This document shows, in pieces, positions 1 to 10,561 of a DNA stretch of 64,000 bases (positions are counted from its first letter, which is position 1; every line of letters starts with the position of its first letter). The translations under genes and the position numbers were made by a program. This DNA is from Acidobacteriota bacterium (GTDB lineage: Bacteria; Acidobacteriota; UBA6911; RPQK01; DATIPO01): the NCBI GenBank assembly GCA_035471785.1, contig DATIPQ010000005.1:11330-75329 (forward strand). The letters are read 5' to 3'. Below the pieces are notes generated by a model, which worked only from the letters and a program-made list of their open reading frames with translations, ran no database searches and was not told the origin of the DNA.

Positions 1-3
1 CCA

Positions 4-333
4 TTAGTGCGAGAACACTTCCTGGAGGACGTGCAGGGCGCGCAGAGAGGCGGCTTTTGTGAGGCGGCCCAGTTTCTTGACCAAGCGGGACTTGTCGACG
101 GTTCGGATCTGGTCGAGGACGACTTGGCCCTCCTTTTCCTGCAAGCGGCAATCGACCCGGGTGGGGTAAGGCCGTCCCTTAGTGGTCATGGGAGCGATGA
201 TGACCGTGCGGATATTGCGGTTAAGTTCGTCGGGGGAGATAACCAACGCTGGACGCGTCTTGCGGATCTCTGAGCCAACCGTGGGATCGAGATTGATGAG
301 CCAGACGTCGAAGCGGCGCACTACCACTGCCAC
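4..333 (-). CDS. mazF: MazF/PemK-family mRNA interferase (type II toxin), GTG start
   Basis: 109-aa ORF with typical PemK/MazF fold sequence (…VWLINLDPTVGSEIRKTRPALVISPDELN…IIAPMTT…); TAA stop at 4-6. Confidence 0.75.
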   Translation of the reverse strand: MAVVVRRFDVWLINLDPTVGSEIRKTRPALVISPDELNRNIRTVIIAPMTTKGRPYPTRVDCRLQEKEGQVVLDQIRTVDKSRLVKKLGRLTKAASLRALHVLQEVFSH

Positions 334-440
334 TCCTCCTCATCCCAGGTCGGGGCCGGCAGGTCGGCATCCAGCAAATGGTCGTCTCCACCCTCGGCCA
401 TCTGGCTGAGAGCCCGATCCCGGCGATCCTCATTGACCCT
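321..440 (-). pseudogene. Truncated MazE-like antitoxin remnant: 39-codon open frame (26 codons from ATG at 399-401) ending in acidic W-rich tail …DADLPAPTWDEEEWQW, TAG overlapping mazF start by 13 nt
   Basis: Frame closed by TGA (revcomp of 441-443) directly upstream; position and acidic C-tail typical of antitoxin toxin-binding tail; no DNA-binding N-domain present. Confidence 0.35.
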
Positions 441-481
441 TCAGAGCACGAGAGACTAAACTCGTCGCAGGAATCCAGGAG

Positions 482-2521
482 GTGAGCGTGCGAGATTTCA
501 GAGGCAGAGCGAAAGAAGTGGTTGTGGCTTTGGCGGCGGTCTTCTTAGCGGCCGGTTGGGCCTGGGGGCAGGAGGCTGAGGAGGAAACCCAGCCGGAAGT
601 TCCCGAGTTCGAGGACATTTTGAACTTGAAGTCGCCTTCATCGCTGGCGATTTCGCCGGACGGGCGCAAGGTGGCCTATGTGGTGCGGGAGGCGGATTGG
701 GAGGAGAACGAGTACGTGAGCCAGATCTGGCTGGCAGGGCCCGATGAGGAGCCGCGTCAGATGACCTTCGGCGAGAAGTCGGCCTCTTCGCCCCGATTCT
801 CGCCCGACGGACGCTGGCTCTCCTTCACCTCTTCGCGCGACGAGAAGAACCAGGTCTTCCTGCTGCCTCTGGCGGGCGGCGAAGCCCGCAAGCTGACCGA
901 CGCCGAAGAAGGCGTGCGGGGCTACCAGTGGGCTCCCGACTCGCAAAGCATCGCCTATGTGGCCAGCGACGAGAAAAGCGAGGCCATGAAGGAGCGGGAA
1001 GAGAAATACGGCAAGTTCATGCTGGTGGACGAAGACTTCGACATCGACCACCTGTGGATTCAGCCCGTCGAAGAAGGCGAAGCGCGCAAGCTGGTGGGCG
1101 ATGAAGACAAGAACATCGCCGGCATGGCCTTCTCTCCCGACAGCTCGCTCATCGCCTTCTCGGCCGCCCCCGACTCGCGCACCAAGTCCTTTTCAAAGAC
1201 CGATATCTTCATCGTCGAAGTCGAGAGCGGAGAGATCCGCACCCTCGTCGATCAGGAGGGACCCGACTCCAATCCGGTGTTTTCGCCCGATGGGACTCAA
1301 GTGGCTTTCAACACCTCGATGGGCACCGAGGTCTACTTCGTCAATACCGAGATCGCCTCGATTTCCGTCAGCGGCGGCCCCATTGTCAACCTGACCGGCG
1401 AGTTCGACGAGGACGCCCGCCTGCTGGACTGGAACGCCGCCGGCATTCACTTCACCGCCTTCCAGGGCATGTCGCGCCATCTTTTCCGCCTGGCGCCGGA
1501 CACGCGGGCCGTCCGCAACCTGACCCAAGGCGGCAGCGGGAACTTCGTCCTGCAGTCGGCGGACATCAATCCGCAAGCCTCGCGAATGGCTTTCAGCTTC
1601 GTGGACGGGCAGCACTATCCCGAGGTCTATCTCTCGCCCGTCGGCGAGTTCGACAGGCTCAAGCTGACCGATTTCAACGGGCAACTCCAAGGCTGGAAGC
1701 TGGCCCGCAAAGAAACGCTAAGCTGGCAGAGCCGGGACGGCGCCGAGATCACCGGCGTCCTCATCAAGCCCGAGGACTTCGACGCCTCTACGCGCTACCC
1801 TCTCTTCGTCATCATCCACGGAGGACCCACCGGCATCTCCTATCCTCAACGGGTGGACCGTTACAACGGCATCTATCCCATCGAGCAGTGGGTGGCGCGG
1901 GGGGCTCTGGTGCTCTTGCCCAACTACCGCGGCAGCGCCGGCTTCGGAGCCGATTTCCGCAAGCTCAACTACCGCAACCTGGGGGTGGGCGATTATTGGG
2001 ACGTTATTTCGGGCGTCGACCATCTGATCGGCCGGGGGATGGTCGACGGCGACCGGGTGGCGGCCATGGGCTGGAGCCAGGGCGGCTACATCAGCGCCTT
2101 CATTACCACCTTCTCGGACCGCTTCGCCGCCACCAGCGTGGGGGCCGGCATCTCGGACTGGGTCACCTACTATTACCAGACCGACATCACGCCTTTTACG
2201 CTCCACTATCTGGGCGGGAACCCCTGGGACGATCCCGAGGTCTACCGCAAGACCTCGCCCATGACCCACATCAACAAGGCTCAGACCCCCACGCTCATCC
2301 AGCACGGGGAGTTCGACCAGCGGGTTCCCACTCCCAACGCCTACAAGCTATACCGCGGGCTGCAGGATCGCGGGGTGCCCAGCAAGCTCATCATCTACAA
2401 GGGATTCGGGCACGGCATCAGCAAGCCCAAGGAACGGCTGGCGGCCTTGACCCATAATTGGGATTGGTTCGAACAGTGGATTTGGAACCGCGAGTCCGCC
2501 GACACCTCCAGCGGACGTTGA
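482..2521 (+). CDS. S9-family serine peptidase (prolyl oligopeptidase/acylaminoacyl-peptidase-like) with N-terminal beta-propeller and signal peptide
   Basis: Signal-like N-terminus; repeated SPDG propeller motifs; C-terminal alpha/beta hydrolase with GWSQGG nucleophile elbow and GFGHG. Confidence 0.85.
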   Translation: MSVRDFRGRAKEVVVALAAVFLAAGWAWGQEAEEETQPEVPEFEDILNLKSPSSLAISPDGRKVAYVVREADWEENEYVSQIWLAGPDEEPRQMTFGEKSASSPRFSPDGRWLSFTSSRDEKNQVFLLPLAGGEARKLTDAEEGVRGYQWAPDSQSIAYVASDEKSEAMKEREEKYGKFMLVDEDFDIDHLWIQPVEEGEARKLVGDEDKNIAGMAFSPDSSLIAFSAAPDSRTKSFSKTDIFIVEVESGEIRTLVDQEGPDSNPVFSPDGTQVAFNTSMGTEVYFVNTEIASISVSGGPIVNLTGEFDEDARLLDWNAAGIHFTAFQGMSRHLFRLAPDTRAVRNLTQGGSGNFVLQSADINPQASRMAFSFVDGQHYPEVYLSPVGEFDRLKLTDFNGQLQGWKLARKETLSWQSRDGAEITGVLIKPEDFDASTRYPLFVIIHGGPTGISYPQRVDRYNGIYPIEQWVARGALVLLPNYRGSAGFGADFRKLNYRNLGVGDYWDVISGVDHLIGRGMVDGDRVAAMGWSQGGYISAFITTFSDRFAATSVGAGISDWVTYYYQTDITPFTLHYLGGNPWDDPEVYRKTSPMTHINKAQTPTLIQHGEFDQRVPTPNAYKLYRGLQDRGVPSKLIIYKGFGHGISKPKERLAALTHNWDWFEQWIWNRESADTSSGR

Positions 2522-2525
2522 ACCC

Positions 2526-2880
2526 TCAGGCCGACACTTCCAGCCGGGTGCCGTCGCCCCACAGCTTGTCGATGCTGTAGAAGTCGCGCGTCTCCGGCTT
2601 GAAGATGTGGATGACGAATTCCAGGTAGTCGAGCAGGATCCACTTGGCGTCGCCTTTGCCCTCGATGTGGCTGGGACGCAGGCCGTATTCCTTCTTCAGC
2701 CTCTCCACCACGGCATCGGCGATGGCCTGGTTCTGGCGCAGATTGCGGCCTTCGCAAATGAGCAGATAAGAGGTGAAGGAAGCGATATCGGAGACGTCCA
2801 GGAGCAGGATCTCTTCTCCTTTTTTATCGCTGATGATGTCGCAGATGCGTTGCAGGACGGCCTTGGTGTCTTGCGGTTTC

Positions 2881-2906
<26 letters not shown>
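2526..2906 (-). CDS. rsfS: Ribosomal silencing factor RsfS (Iojap)
   Basis: …LLLDVSDIASFTSYLLICEGRNLRQNQAIADAV…WILLDYLEFVIHIFKPETRDFYSIDKLW; start taken at MKQVKT. Confidence 0.85.
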
Positions 2907-4799
<1,893 letters not shown>

Positions 4800-4909
4800 A
4801 GCCCAGGGTGAAGCCTGCTGCAAGCGAAGCGCCGCGAGGGCGAAACCCTGGGTTACCGTCACTCTCCGACCCACGCTGAAGGTGTGGGATAACGTTGGTT
4901 CTTGCGTAG

Positions 4910-5167
4910 CTATTCGGCGGGGAGGACGTGGACGAACTTGCCCCGGCGTCCGCGGTTCTGGTAGGAGACCACGCCGTCGACGGTGGCGAAGAGGGTATCG
5001 TCTTTGCCGCGTCCGACGTTTTTGCCGGGCTTGATGGGCGTACCCCGCTGGCGCACCAAAATGCTGCCGCCGGTCACGCTTTGTCCCGCGAAACGCTTGA
5101 CGCCCAGGCGTTGGGCATTGCTGTCGCGTCCATTCTTAGAGCTTCCTAGTCCTTTTTTGTGCGACAT
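4910..5167 (-). CDS. rpmA: 50S ribosomal protein L27
   Basis: [29 protein letters not shown]…. Confidence 0.95.
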   Translation of the reverse strand: MSHKKGLGSSKNGRDSNAQRLGVKRFAGQSVTGGSILVRQRGTPIKPGKNVGRGKDDTLFATVDGVVSYQNRGRRGKFVHVLPAE

Positions 5168-5198
5168 ACCGGTTTTCCTCTTTTAATGCGACAGGCCC

Positions 5199-5510
5199 TC
5201 AGTTGACCTGGATTTTCTCGATATCGACTCGGGTGTAGTCCTGGCGGTGTCCGCGCCTGTTGCGGTACATCTTTCGGCGCTTGAACTTGAAGACGATGAC
5301 TTTCTTGCCGCGTCCTTGCTCGGCGATGGTGCCGCTCACTTTGCCCTTCAGGGTGGGAGCGCCCACCTGCACGCCGTCATCGCCGCCCACCATCAAGACC
5401 TCTTCAAAGTCGACCGAATCGCCGACCTCGCCGTCGAGTTTCTCGACCTTGATGGAGTCGCCCTCGCTGACCCGATACTGTTTACCGCCGGTTCGAATAA
5501 TCGCGTACAC
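5199..5510 (-). CDS. rplU: 50S ribosomal protein L21
   Basis: MYAIIRTGGKQYRVSEGD…. Confidence 0.95.
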   Translation of the reverse strand: MYAIIRTGGKQYRVSEGDSIKVEKLDGEVGDSVDFEEVLMVGGDDGVQVGAPTLKGKVSGTIAEQGRGKKVIVFKFKRRKMYRNRRGHRQDYTRVDIEKIQVN

Positions 5511-5834
5511 TTCTATTCGCCTCCACAGAGCTATCCAAATGATGCTCCGGAAACCACGAAGTATAGAGGAGCCCCCGGCACCGTGTCAATCCTACCTGGC
5601 CACCGGTAGTGGTGCATGGACGACTCGTTGAGATGGAAGACTGCGAGGGGGCGAAACCCGCGGTTTCGCATCCGGCATACCGACTGCAACCACATCCAGT
5701 GCGATGGGATATGGACCTATTCTGGAAAACAGCGAAAGCGGCTCACCGTCAAAGAGACGCCCCTTGAGATTTCGGGCCGGGGCGGCGTCTCGTCAGTCCC
5801 AGCCGCCGAAGAAATGGAGCAGCAGATTGTGCCC

Positions 5835-5870
5835 AGCCTGGTGGGAGGCGCATCCTTGCGGCGATCCTGG
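5835..5870. repeat. Dispersed intergenic repeat copy 1 (core GCGCATCCTTGCGGCGATCCTGG)
   Basis: 19-35-nt identity with 27678-27706 and 17-nt with 9783-9799. Confidence 0.6.
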
Positions 5871-5962
5871 GCGGGCTTCAATCCGCCCCGACGCCTGCCG
5901 TCCTGCGGCTCTCCTCGAGGCTATTGAAGATCCGTCGATGGCTCTCAAGTGGGACTTGAGGG

Positions 5963-7414
5963 CTACTTGCGCCAGAAGGCTCGGGTGCAGATGACCAGCA
6001 GGGTGTAGAACTCCAGGCGGCCGGCCAGCATGCAGAAGGCCAGGACCCATTTGACGGGGGCGGCCAGGTGGCCGTAGTGCTCGTAGGGGCCTACCTTTCC
6101 CAAGCCGGGGCCGATGTTGAACATGGAGGCGGCCACGGCGGAGATGGCGGTGAGGACGTCTACCCCGAAAGCGGTCAGGAAGAGGCAGGCGGCGAAGTTG
6201 ATGATGAAGGCCAGGTAGATGAGGTTGAGGAGCCCGTCGATGGCGCTTTCGTTGACCGCCTTGTCGTTGAAGCGGACGGCGAAGACGCCCCGGCGCTCCA
6301 CGATGCGGCGGAACTCCCGTCCCACCACCCGCGCCAGAAGGGCGATGCGGGCCACTTTGAGTCCGCCGGCGGTGGATCCGGTGCAGCCTCCCAGGAACAT
6401 CAGCGCCAGCAGCAGAAGCAGCGTGAAGGGGGGCCAAGTCTCGAAGTCGGTGGTGGAGAAGCCCGTGGTGGTCATGATGGAGACCACCTGAAAGGCGGCT
6501 TTCCTGAAGGCTTCTTCGCCTACCGCGATGCCGTTGAAATAAAGGGTGGCGGCCACGGCGCCGATGGCCCCGGCGGTGGCGGCGAAGTAGGTGCGGACTT
6601 CCAGGTCGCGCAGAAAGGGACGCGGCCTGCCCATGATGAGCAGGCGGTAGTGCATGGTGATGTTGATCCCCGCCGCGAACATGAAAAAGATGATGACGTA
6701 CTCGATCAGCGGCGAGTTGAAGGCCTCGACGCTGATGTTGCGGGTCGAGAACCCTCCCGTGGCCATGGTGGTGAAGGTGTGGCAGACGGAGTCGAAGGGG
6801 TCCATGCCGGCCAGCCGCAGGGCCACGTATTGGGCGATGGAGAAGGCGGCGTAGATGCGCCACAGGCTCTTGGCCGTTTCAGCGATGCGCGGCTTGATCT
6901 TCTCGGAGGAGGCTCCTGAGAACTCGGCCCGGTAGAGCTCCATTCCCCCCACTCCCACCAGAGGCAGGATGGCCACCGCCAGCACGATGATCCCCATGCC
7001 CCCCACCCACTGGGTGAAGGAACGCCAGAACAGGAGGCTGCGGGGAAGCGGTTCGATGGCGGTCAGGATGGTGGCGCCGGTGGTGGTGAATCCCGAAACC
7101 GATTCGAAGAAGGCGTCGGTGAAACTCGAGAAGAAGGGCGAGAAGTAAAAGGGCAGCGCACCCACGATGCCGGCTCCGACCCAGGTGAGGATCACCAGCA
7201 TGATGCCTTCGCGGTTATTGAACTGACGGTGCTCAGGCTTGTACGAATAGACCAGCCCCGCGCCCGCCAGGACCGATATGGCGGTGGAAAGCCCCAGCGG
7301 CAGCAAGCCCTCGTCGTTGTCGTAGATCGCCAGGCCCAGGGCCACCGCCATCGCTCCGCTGAGGGCCAGGACGAAGAGTCCGAGGATTCTGAGTTGGTTG
7401 GGCCAGTGGATCAC
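5963..7414 (-). CDS. trkH: TrkH/KtrB-family K+ uptake membrane protein
   Basis: Multiple TM segments; repeated selectivity-filter-like TTTGFST/MATGGFS motifs. Confidence 0.85.
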   Translation of the reverse strand: MIHWPNQLRILGLFVLALSGAMAVALGLAIYDNDEGLLPLGLSTAISVLAGAGLVYSYKPEHRQFNNREGIMLVILTWVGAGIVGALPFYFSPFFSSFTDAFFESVSGFTTTGATILTAIEPLPRSLLFWRSFTQWVGGMGIIVLAVAILPLVGVGGMELYRAEFSGASSEKIKPRIAETAKSLWRIYAAFSIAQYVALRLAGMDPFDSVCHTFTTMATGGFSTRNISVEAFNSPLIEYVIIFFMFAAGINITMHYRLLIMGRPRPFLRDLEVRTYFAATAGAIGAVAATLYFNGIAVGEEAFRKAAFQVVSIMTTTGFSTTDFETWPPFTLLLLLALMFLGGCTGSTAGGLKVARIALLARVVGREFRRIVERRGVFAVRFNDKAVNESAIDGLLNLIYLAFIINFAACLFLTAFGVDVLTAISAVAASMFNIGPGLGKVGPYEHYGHLAAPVKWVLAFCMLAGRLEFYTLLVICTRAFWRK

Positions 7415-7417
7415 GAG

Positions 7418-8779
7418 CTAGCGCCCCGCGATGAAAGCCGATTCGAGTTTGGGAACGAGGTTTTCCAGGCAGAAGAAGAGGACCCGGTCGCCGGGATTGA
7501 TCATAGCGTCGCCGCGGGGGACGATGACCTTGCCTGAGGGAGAGGCGATGGCTCCCACGATGGCTCCGTGAGGCAGGTGGACGTCGCGCAGCTTGCGCCC
7601 TACGTACTTCGATTCCTTGCTGGCCATCAGTTCGATGGCCTCGGCCTCTTCTTCGCGGAAGGTGGTGACCGAAACCACTTTGCCTTTGCGCACGAACTGG
7701 AGGATGCGGTCGACGACCGCCAGCCGGGTTGAAAAGGCCGAGTTGATTCCCAAAAGCTGTCCCATGGGAAGAAAGTCAAGCCGGTTGATGAGGGCCACTG
7801 CTTTTCTGGCCTCCAGGCGCTTGGCCAGCAGCGAGGCGATGATGTTGTCTTCGTCGTGGCCCGTCAGGGCCAGGAAGGCGTCGATGCCCTCGATGTTTTC
7901 TTCCACCAGCGCCGCTTGGTTGGTGCCGTCGTTGTTGACCACCACGGTATCCCGAACCAGGGTGGCGATCTTCTCGCAGCGCTTGAGGTCCTTTTCGAAG
8001 AGCTTGACCTGCACGCCCTTGCGCTCTAACTGCAGGGCCAGCTCGATGCCCAGTTGCTTGCCGCCCACGATGAAGACCCGCTTGAGCCTTTCCTGGCTCT
8101 GCACGCCCATAAACTCGAAGCAAGCCTCCAACTCGTCGGTAGGGACCACGATGTAGACGTGGTCGTTGGGACGCAGCACGTCGTGTCCGCGCGGAATGAT
8201 GGCTTTGTGGCCGCGGAAGAGGATGGCGATGAGGGAGTTCTCGGGCGGGCCGGCCTCATCCATTTCGGCCATGGTCTTGCCAACCACCCAACTGTCGGGG
8301 GCCACGTTCATCCCGAAGAGCTTGATGCGTCCGTCGGCGAACTCCAGGATGTCGCTGACTCCCGGAAGTCCGATGACGCGCATGATGCGCTCGGCGGTTT
8401 CGCGGTCGGGATGGATGACCAGGTCGATGTCGAGCAGTTCCTTGCCGCACATGGCCCGCCAGCGGTCGACCTCATGGGTGCGCAACCGCGCCACCTTGAT
8501 CTTGACGTTGGAATGGGCCTGGGCGATGAGGCAGCCCAGGATGTTGGCTTCGTCGCTGTTGGTGACCGCGATCATCATGTCGGCCTTGTCCAGGCCGGCC
8601 TTCTCCAGGGTTTTGACGCTGGAGGCGGTCCCATATACGACCTTGGCGTCCAGAGTCTCCTCCAGACGCGCACAGCGGTCTTCGTTGTTCTCGACGATGA
8701 CCACTTCGCTCTTCTCGCGGATGAGGCGGCGGGCCACCAATTGCCCCACTTCTCCTCCGCCCAGTATGAGTACTCGCAT
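7418..8779 (-). CDS. trkA: Trk system K+ uptake protein TrkA (tandem NAD-binding RCK domains)
   Basis: MRVLILGGGEVGQLVARRL… and second GxGxxG (VFIVGGKQLG). Confidence 0.9.
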   Translation of the reverse strand: MRVLILGGGEVGQLVARRLIREKSEVVIVENNEDRCARLEETLDAKVVYGTASSVKTLEKAGLDKADMMIAVTNSDEANILGCLIAQAHSNVKIKVARLRTHEVDRWRAMCGKELLDIDLVIHPDRETAERIMRVIGLPGVSDILEFADGRIKLFGMNVAPDSWVVGKTMAEMDEAGPPENSLIAILFRGHKAIIPRGHDVLRPNDHVYIVVPTDELEACFEFMGVQSQERLKRVFIVGGKQLGIELALQLERKGVQVKLFEKDLKRCEKIATLVRDTVVVNNDGTNQAALVEENIEGIDAFLALTGHDEDNIIASLLAKRLEARKAVALINRLDFLPMGQLLGINSAFSTRLAVVDRILQFVRKGKVVSVTTFREEEAEAIELMASKESKYVGRKLRDVHLPHGAIVGAIASPSGKVIVPRGDAMINPGDRVLFFCLENLVPKLESAFIAGR

Positions 8780-8849
8780 GCGAAAGGCCTGTTATACACC
8801 GATTCAGCGCTGACTTAAAGCCGCGGCCGGGCTCCCATCACCGCGGCTG

Positions 8850-9773
8850 ATGAGGGCTTTCTGCTATTCTGCCTTCCTATCCATGCGATTCGCAGAACAT
8901 TATCGCTCTGGGGGACCCGTTTTCTCCTTCGAGCTGTTCCCCCCCAAGAGCGACCAAGGCATGAAGGAACTCGAGCGCCGGCTTCCCAAGCTGGTTGCGC
9001 TCCAGCCCTCCTTTATCACCGTCACTTACGGAGCCATGGGGAGCACCCGCGAGCGCACGCTGGAAATCGTCCGGCTGGTCGCCGGCCACGGCATGGAAAC
9101 GGCTCACCACTTGACCTGCGTGGGCGCCAGCCGGGGTGAACTGAGCCGCCAGATCGATGAGATCGCCAAGTGGGGCATCGAAAATATCGTGGCCCTGCGC
9201 GGCGATCCTCCCCAGGGCAGCGAGGCCTTCGTGGCCCCCGAGGACGGCTTCTCCAACGCCTACCAACTGGTCGACCTCATTCGCAGCAAGGGGCGCTTCG
9301 GGGTGGCCGTGGCGGGCTATCCCGAGAAACATGTCGAAGCCTCCGACTTCGATACTGACGTGAAGTGGCTCAAGCACAAGGTCGATCATGGCGCCGACGC
9401 CATCATCACTCAGCTCTTCTACCGCAACCGGGCTTTTTTCCGCTTCCTTGGGCGTTGCCGCGAAATGGGAATCGAGCAACCCATCGTTCCCGGGCTTCTG
9501 CCCATCCTCAGCACCCACCAGATCAGGCGCATCAGTTCCATTTGCGGCTGCACCATTCCGCAGGGCTTGCTGGCTGAATTGATGGAGGCTGGAGAGGACG
9601 AGTCAAAGGTCTGCGAGATCGGCATCCGCTACACCGTCGAGCAGGCGGTCGAACTGCTGCAGCAGGGAGTGCCGGGGATTCACTTCTACGTGCTCAACCG
9701 CTACTTCCACATCAACGAAATCATGCAGAGGTTGCGCGAGAGGATAGCCCAGGCCCGCCGACTGGCTACTTGA
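8850..9773 (+). CDS. metF: 5,10-methylenetetrahydrofolate reductase (start may be ATG 8883)
   Basis: FSFELFPPKSDQG…ITVTYGAMGSTRERT… MetF signature. Confidence 0.85.
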   Translation: MRAFCYSAFLSMRFAEHYRSGGPVFSFELFPPKSDQGMKELERRLPKLVALQPSFITVTYGAMGSTRERTLEIVRLVAGHGMETAHHLTCVGASRGELSRQIDEIAKWGIENIVALRGDPPQGSEAFVAPEDGFSNAYQLVDLIRSKGRFGVAVAGYPEKHVEASDFDTDVKWLKHKVDHGADAIITQLFYRNRAFFRFLGRCREMGIEQPIVPGLLPILSTHQIRRISSICGCTIPQGLLAELMEAGEDESKVCEIGIRYTVEQAVELLQQGVPGIHFYVLNRYFHINEIMQRLRERIAQARRLAT

Positions 9774-9782
9774 AGGGTGAGA

Positions 9783-9799
9783 CCTTGCGGCGATCCTGG
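9783..9799. repeat. Dispersed intergenic repeat copy 2 (CCTTGCGGCGATCCTGG)
   Basis: Exact 17-mer shared with 5854-5870. Confidence 0.55.
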
Positions 9800-9815
9800 T
9801 AGTGCTTCCGATGGC

Positions 9816-10430
9816 TCAGCGGTCGTCGGGCACCTGGGCGGTTTCCCGCTGTCTCCAGTAGAAGCTGGATACCACCTGCTCGTACTTGGGCAGGGCGGCT
9901 TTTAAGTCTTCTTCCGAGCGTGAGGAGAGGACCAGCAGCACGAAGTAATCGGGTACTTCGGTCACGGCCGTGATCTCGTGACGCATTCCCGGACAGTCGT
10001 AGCTTTTGACGATGAACTCGTGCCCCAGATTGGCACGGCTCAGCTTGACATCCTTGATTTCGAATGCCGGGCAGACGGCTTTGAAGCTCTCCACGTTGCG
10101 CTTGACGAAGGCTTCCAGGCTTTCGTCTTGCTGCTGTTCGTTCCGCCCCAGCGCCTCCTGCCCGTGTTCGCCACGCTCGGGATCCACCAGGCGGATGAAG
10201 AGGATGGCGGGGGCCTCGCGCCAGTCCATGCCTTCTTTGTGGAGGACGAAGTGAGCCAGTTGAGCCGCCTCGTTGTTGATCATCCAGCCGCTGGGCTCGA
10301 GAAAGCCGAAAGAAAAGGTGCGTCCGTTGAAGGAGCGCATGGAGCCCTCTTGGGCCCACAGGACCCCCAAAGTCATGAAAAAAAGGATGATGCAGACGGT
10401 CCGTCGCATAAAACCGAGTCTACCACGCAA
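9816..10430 (-). CDS. Hypothetical secreted protein (signal peptide; no recognisable domain)
   Basis: N-terminus RRTVCIILFFMTLGVLWAQEG; opposite-strand ORF is low-complexity shadow. Confidence 0.5.
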   Translation of the reverse strand: MRGRLGFMRRTVCIILFFMTLGVLWAQEGSMRSFNGRTFSFGFLEPSGWMINNEAAQLAHFVLHKEGMDWREAPAILFIRLVDPERGEHGQEALGRNEQQQDESLEAFVKRNVESFKAVCPAFEIKDVKLSRANLGHEFIVKSYDCPGMRHEITAVTEVPDYFVLLVLSSRSEEDLKAALPKYEQVVSSFYWRQRETAQVPDDR

Positions 10431-10561
10431 TTGTGTTGGGCGGGAGCTTTCGCTATGCTAAGGCGGTGGGCCGGCAGGGGGCCGATCTGGTCTCTTCCGG
10501 CGGCTGCAGAGACGACCCTCTTTGAGACTGGAAACCAGCACGATAGATAGGAATCAGCGCT

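Noticed and set aside
8780-8882. Possible SAM riboswitch upstream of metF.
   Set aside because: Only ~100 nt are available, and trkA initiates divergently within them. I found no recognisable S-box or SAM-II conserved core, only one 8-bp hairpin (AGCCGCGG…CCGCGGCT).
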